From Folioceros fuciformis (taxonomy: Eukaryota), in contig JBNGIO010006293.1 in the NCBI GenBank assembly GCA_049999805.1, forward strand, positions 70,747-119,170: 48,424 nt of DNA, read 5' to 3'. Position numbers and translations under genes: made by a program. Below, one piece after another: positions 42,015-48,424 of the stretch (the stretch's first letter is position 1; the number at the start of each line of letters is the position of its first letter). The notes under the pieces were generated by a model. That model saw only the letters and a program-made list of their open reading frames with translations. It did no database searches and was not told the origin of the DNA.

Positions 42015-42388
42015 CGTGCTTTGGCTAGGGCACCATTCTTGGGCTGGAATTTCTTCTGCTTCGATTCTGAATTCGATCTGATCAGTCGGGCCAGGTGATA
42101 CATGCTGAGGAAAGACTGGACACGCACTCAGAGCTTTAACATCTTTCTGACCTCGTTGTGATCTTGTACATTTGTAGTGGACATGAAATAAGATGGGTTC
42201 TCTATCCTGTTTCAACTTTGTAAGACTTCACTTGTCAACCACATGAAATAATTCCTCAGTGCAAAACCGTCAGCAAAAATCTAAGGAAGATAAGACACAT
42301 CTAAGCAATGCTTGCCTAGATCAAGCAAGCTTTTGTTAGGTTATGCATTCACCGATCTATACTACGCATTCGGACAGCCGGTCTCTGC

Positions 42389-43830
42389 CTAGGTTTTGTT
42401 CCCACTACTTTCCGCTGGTGTAGCTGCAGGAGAAGTGTTGGATACGCCAGTTCGAGCACTACTCTGGATTCCTGATGTGGGTATTGTGCTGGCGGGAGGA
42501 GGCGATGGGACCTTCGGTGATGGTGAGCTTCTCAGTCGGCGTAATTGCTCCTCGAACCACTGCGACACAGACTATTAATAATCTACTTAGAAAGGTACAT
42601 GAGACTGAGATCGTAGGCTTGCATAGCTCTAAAATATCAATCGCTGGATGCACATGAGAATAGAGTTGAGCAGCTCTTACAGACAAATCTTGCCTCTGTA
42701 TGGGAAAAAGCTTCCTATCTCCAAATCCTGTCGGTCCATGGCAGGGACAACAATTGTGTTAATGCCTTGACAATGCAAGCTGCAGCTCTATACCGGAGAA
42801 CGGCAAAGGGTAGTCCCGCGTCAGGATATTGAGAACGGACGAGTGTTCGGCAAGTCAGTCACCTAGGAACCCAGGTGAACGTGAAGCTCCCACTGATGGG
42901 ACATGAGCTGCAGCTCTTATCATGAGCGTGAAGAGCAGAAGATTCACAACAAACTTGCCATTCCTTCCACGGCAGACGCAGTGTCGCCCTTGACTCCATC
43001 CTTCTACCATGACGTCTGTGAAGAGAATTTCATGTCTTTGCCGCCTGGTGTTCAGTTTGCCTGTCAAGAACGATTCCTTGGGGAGTGATGACAAAAGCTA
43101 GCAGCGATCATGCTGCACACCAAACCTAATCAAGCAAGCTGTCACCTGCGAAAAAGCTATGCCGTAGTACAAGCACCGCGTGAACTTCGTGTAGTGCTCG
43201 TCAGTGCCGACCACCTGTTGCCAAAAGGACAAGGGGATACTTGTCTTATTGCCTGCGACCATGTAACCTCTCATTTTTTTAGATCAGTGGACTATGGCCT
43301 GGCCTGACCTGGCTTATCCACACCTTCCCCAGCTTACTCTCTCCCAGTACATGGTTGAGGGGAATATTTGGACAAGGTCCCAGGATCTAGCCCTAGCGCG
43401 CAACAAGACTTGCCTGTGCATGTTCTTCCATGTGCAATCTGCTGATGAATATACATGCCAGGCACCTGACGACACAGACAAGCAATCAGGATCAAAGAAC
43501 TTCCTTCCTACACAACACACTAATTGCTGGATCAATCCCATCAATTCAACTACACATTTGTAAGCATGACACTGTGTGATTTGAGTGCTCTAGGTAATTT
43601 TGATTGTGAAAGATTCCAGAATCCATGCACCATCCAGCACTGGCAAGCAGGCAGAGCAGAAATCTTTCATCAGAAAGTAAACGACGCTCGACAACAAACT
43701 GTTTGCACCAGACCACCACAGCTTGTTCAGTGAGGTTAGACGAGCAGATTTCTTCCATCCAAGTACGGTAAACGGTTATGGACTCGGTGTCATGCCTGTT
43801 CCGGCCGGTCAAAAACTCCACCACCCACAT
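42389..43830 (-). other. Possible spliced gene of unknown function
   Basis: Gene-like GC content and a chain of phase-compatible short exons (e.g. NKTSIPLSFWQQVVGTDEHYTKFTRCLYYG; LHCQGINTIVVPAMDRQDLEIGSFFPYRGKIC). No family recognised; the model is ambiguous. Confidence 0.3.
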
Positions 43831-45979
43831 ATTTCACACATGCCAAAAAAAAGTATGCAAATATTGTTGAGCAAAGCATAAGGGCACCCCCTACAAGAAA
43901 AGAAGCTATCCTTCTTCACCAAGGAGAATGTGATAGTGCAAATTGTGTAAGATGTAGTAGCTCATTGCCTGCCCATGGGGGTGACGAGCAAGGTGGGTAT
44001 ATGAGTCATCAAGGGGCACTCCACAATAGTAATCTTGGAGGGAGGAGGTGAAAGGTCAAACCAAGCGTCAGCAAAAGGTTACACCAGCCCTAGGTGAAAC
44101 CTAATTGCAATAGAAAAAGAGACTGATTAGGCCAATGTGTATGTCCTCGCTACAACAACTCGAGCTCGTGTTATCCTACCTTCCGATTGCAAGTTGCCTC
44201 TACATTTTGAGCCCTTAGGTATCCCATTCCATTGTCTCGGTGAAGGCATTCCATTTAAAAGTCTTTTAAATTAAACCCCCTTGTTTTGGGGTGAAAATGA
44301 ATGGATTAAATCAGCCAATGCTGAAAAAGAGGTACATAGGCAGATTATAGAGATATGAAGAGAAGCTCCCTTGTGCACAAGGAAGATGAGCAACGAAAAC
44401 GAGTAGATGGCCCGACTCGGACCTGGTTAACCTCTCGACCCGACTTCCACTCCAAAGGCAGACGTGATTCCAATGCAAATCCCTGCCTACCATGAGGAAA
44501 CCAGCCGCTCTCCAATCTTTGCGTTTTCCTCAGCCGCTCTCCAATCTCTGCGTTTAAACTTGCAAGGGTTAGCTTCTCGTAGCCCTTCAGCAGCGATTAG
44601 TACTTGCTCCCATACTTGCCATAATAAGGCCCTATGAGAAAGAGGGAGCTTGCCCCCGTATACCACTGACGGTCCAGTTGTGCCACAAACCTTAGAGGCA
44701 TGAGCTCCAAACCACTCCCCACCACTGGGATAGGATAAGTTGTCTACCTGACACTTCCTCTGGTGCGAAGCGAGTCGTCTGCTCCGTGAGAACCCCTCTT
44801 GCCTCCTCCTCTTGCTTGAGGAACTCTCAACATCATTCGATGGCTTTGCTATACTATCATCCTACCCTTCACTTGTGTGTTGGTGGAGGCAATTCGTTCT
44901 CCCTATTCATCCACACAATCATCTCGTAGTTCTTATAGCTTATCTTCACTATCTATTTGGCTTTCCCTCTTCGCCTCTAACACCTTGTCGTCTTTTGCCT
45001 AATCGTCACCTCCTATTGCATAAAATGGGTTTGAGTTAATTGGGAATGAGATGGCCTTCCTTTTATTGCCTCCTTATTGGAGTTTGGTTTGTTTGCGAAG
45101 ACTCCTTATATATTTTGACACACACTCCCATCTCATCTTCACATCCTATAGCTGCTGCATTTTTTTAAGTGGTTGGAGACAACTGAAATCACATTTCTCA
45201 TCAATGGGTGCACATTAGTTCCATCGGTTGGGGCCTTAACTATCTGCTTGTCACAATTTAGCCTTTGCTACCCTAGATGCGTTCGATGGCTACTAAAAAT
45301 TTTTGTGTTTCCTTAGTTCCACCTTGGCCTATGTTAAGATTTTGTTCCATACTTTCTTGCCTGTTGTCCATGGCCTAAAGTCCAAGCTCAAGTCTCTTCT
45401 TTTCTCTCCTCCACTACACTAGTCTTTATTGCCTCAACATACCTACTTTTTCAAGTTTGAGTGACCTGATTGAACTATATATTGATGAAAGACCTCACTA
45501 AATGATTGGAGAGAATTTTGAGGTGCGTCACTATACAATTTCTTCCCCTCGGATGCTAGCAACTCACTCTAGCTCCCTAGAATTTCAACTAGGGCCTTAC
45601 TTCTTATGACCTCTAACAATTTTTTATGCCTAGGCACAGTGAGTTCCCCAAACATGAAATTTTGTTGCAGCTTGGCCTTGTTCTTTGTAGCATGTGCACC
45701 ATCTTTGTTACATAGTTCCAACAAGTGCTCTCTTATCCACCACAAACCTTGTTTCTGTAGCAAGAACTAGAGCGAAGACTAGTTGTTCATGGCTTCAACC
45801 ACAATGTTAAGCCCTTTCCCACAACTGTATCTGCAGGAGATTATATCCACTACACACCGCCAATGGATACATAATTTTCTTCCCATATGTCTTGCAAAGC
45901 TATGGCTAGGTGCACAACATGATTTCCCCCCTGCAAGTTCTCCATTGTCTTTTGTGCTTGCAAGTTAATTACCTCATCA

Positions 45980-47800
45980 AACACATATTGTGCCCCATAG
46001 TGATGATCGCTTTGCATAAAGTCCTCCAAGTTGTGGACCATAAACGTCTAGATCCTTAAGTGTCCACCACCCCATAAGATGTCATGATTGGACATAATGA
46101 AGAGGCTACTCACCAACGCTGAAATCAAATTCCTTCTTGTTCTCATCATATTTCTCCTTTGCTTGAGTTTTTGCTCATCCATGGTTAGGTATGCAACCTG
46201 CCAAGCCTCGTCTAGCTTCTATAGGTGCACCATTCTACCATCTTTCTCCATAGCCATTGATTCCAAGATGTTAAAAACTTTCCTTGCTGCAATCACTTGT
46301 GAAGGCACCCTTGCAGGTACTCCGTAGGCTAGCTCAAAAGGTGACACTCCTACCATTGACTTGATGTGGGTCCAAATAGCCCAGAGTGCTCCATACAAAT
46401 GCTGATCCCAACACATTGGCTCTTACTAACAAAGTTTAGACAATACCAATGCATTAGCCCATTGGGAACACAGGACAAAGCAATCCATTCCGTAAGGAGA
46501 CTTGGCAAACTTTTGACAAGAACTGCACTAATGATAATACTCACGGACATCTTTGAAGAGGGTGGGCCAGTGAAAACCAGCTCACAAAATCTTTTAACCT
46601 GTTGCAGTTGCATCAAAGGGACTTCCACACATAGAGTCATGCATCTCAAAAAGGATGTGAGGTATTTGCTCACCTAAGACACAAAGCCGTAAAACCCTAT
46701 TAGGACCAATCTTAAACAATTTCCCCTCTACTATAGTATAATCCTTAGACCATGATTATATTCACCGCTTCAAGTTATTGTCTGCCTTTTGGTAACTTCC
46801 TATCCATTATGTAATCTACAACTTGCTTATACAAGGGTGCAGGATTCTCAATTGTCACTGCCATGACTCTAAGTCGTGAACCCACTGCTTGACTTTAATT
46901 TGGACTTAGACCTATATCTTCTAATTTTCAAGCCTTTAGATTTCCCTCTTCACCTTCATGCAGTAATCTCACACCATTCATTTTATCCACTACCTTTGCA
47001 ATCTAGAGCAAGGTCATTGTTGGAACAAAGTTAGTGTGCCTAGCTCCAAACCTATGTACTTCACTCAACATTTCTCTATCATGGCTCTTAATCATCACTC
47101 GTTTTGTACCACATTTAGCAGCTTCCACCAATCTAGCTAAGCTTGCCATTGCTAACCCATCCTTATGATCCCATGCTATGGCAAACCTAGAAATGGAACA
47201 AATCTTAATTCCTAGTGATGACCTCACAATTGCCCCAATTCTTGCCCCACCAAACAAAACTGCACTTGCAACATTAATGCTTTAAATGTTAGCCCCTACG
47301 ACTTCCTCTTCATATTCTAGTCTTACAGCAACAACCCTACACACTTCTACAGCATGTCTCAAATCCATGGACCCCTCACAACTAACATCCTAAGAGTGCT
47401 CTTCCTTTAGTGCCAGTCTAGTCAGGCCATTTGCAAGCTCATTCGTTTGGTGAGACAAGTGAGTTAATGATATTGCCTCATATTTCTACATCAACTCTAG
47501 GAACTCTGAGTGCAATGCTTTAGGATTCATTGCTCGCACTTCATAAACCCCATGCAGTTGTTTAACAAGTAACAGGTTATCATAGAAAGCATTCAAGAAA
47601 CGAGCTCCTTTTTCATCTACAACCTTAAGCCAATGAAAAAATGCATGGTATTCAGCCTCGTTATTTGTGGCAAGGAGAATTGCTCAACTTTCCTTCACTA
47701 CTTTCTTTGCTCCAGGAGCTAAAAGTACTATCCCTATTCCAGCCCTACCATGAGCTACTCCTCTATCAGTCCACATGCTCAAAGTTACCTCTACTTTCGA
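45980..47800 (-). mobile_element. Degenerate Ty3/Gypsy LTR retrotransposon pol remnant (Tat-like: RNase H-like domains plus integrase); element DNA probably extends into both flanks
   Basis: RNase H (WTD..GRAGIGIVL..ATNNEAEY..DNLLLVKQLHGVYEV..NELANGL) at ~47410-47790; integrase Zn region (AGFHWPTLFKDV..CSSCQ) at ~46510-46630; integrase C-core (ALWA..T..GVSPFELAYG) at ~46300-46400; many stops and frameshifts. Confidence 0.8.
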
Positions 47801-48424
47801 TGTAGCAGGGTCAACCAAAAGCCCAACCTATTGGTTGGGCTTGTTGCAAGGTTGGGTCACTTCTTCCTTCATTAGTCTCTTCATGAACCTTCCTCCTTTT
47901 GTTCTTACTTGACACTATAATGAAAAATGCTTCCTCTTGCTGCTCCTCCTCATATGCCTCTATTGCATGTTAGGGTTTGGTTAACCCTTGGTTAGTTAAC
48001 CTCACAGGTTAGGCTAGTTAGTTTAACCTAGGGTTTACTTAAGATTGTATAAGACTATTGTTTATTGAACACTTTTACTTTTTGATATACAACTTTCTTT
48101 TTGTGTTCTATGTCATAAGGTTTAGTATCATGGTATCATAGTAGAGTTTGATGCTATGAGTCTTTCGTTGTAATCTATCCACTTTAGACACAATATGCTA
48201 GGCACAATGAGTAAAGGAAGGGTTTTCAGCCTACCTCCACCTTCACGAAATATGAAGGTAGAGATTGGCTGAAAATTCTTCTTCGCCAGCCTGCGCAGAG
48301 CACTTTTAGTGTTTATAATGGATCTGAGCAGCCTATTCCTTAAGTGTCCACTACTCTGAAAAATAGAAACAAGTACTATGTACCCAATGTTGGGGAAAAC
48401 ATCCCCTCTCTAGATTTTTCTAGG

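Noticed and set aside
42810-42830. U12-like donor ATATCCTG on the minus strand
   Set aside because: It is an imperfect consensus with no good TCCTTAAC branch point, and a canonical GT-AG model explains the region equally well.

Overview
This is nuclear DNA from a compact land-plant genome, most likely a hornwort. That is inferred from a PLS-PPR protein whose DYW:KP domain ends in GRP, from short introns (mostly about 70-170 nt) and from dense gene packing. Gene order: a WAK/LRK10L-like receptor kinase with almost no ectodomain; an intronless RETINOBLASTOMA-RELATED gene preceded by two E2F sites; four tandem secreted bulb-type (GNA) lectins; B12D; a D-2-hydroxyacid dehydrogenase; a 50-bp hairpin-containing minisatellite; plastid RPL12, closely followed by multi-exon QTRT2; an intronless myristoylated RNI-like LRR protein; a candidate U-to-C RNA-editing PPR-DYW:KP protein with an N-terminal OSB-type ssDNA-binding (PDF-like) motif; FIP37/WTAP with a long RD/RE tail; two decayed LRR-receptor genes; an LEA_1 gene with ABREs; and a decayed Ty3/Gypsy (Tat-like) element. 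There are two 100-N assembly gaps. The most notable observations are the PDF-motif + PPR + DYW:KP architecture, all-or-none intron loss in several normally intron-containing genes, and a possible RPL12-QTRT2 read-through (dicistronic) transcript. All exon models were built by hand and homologies come from memory; no searches were run.
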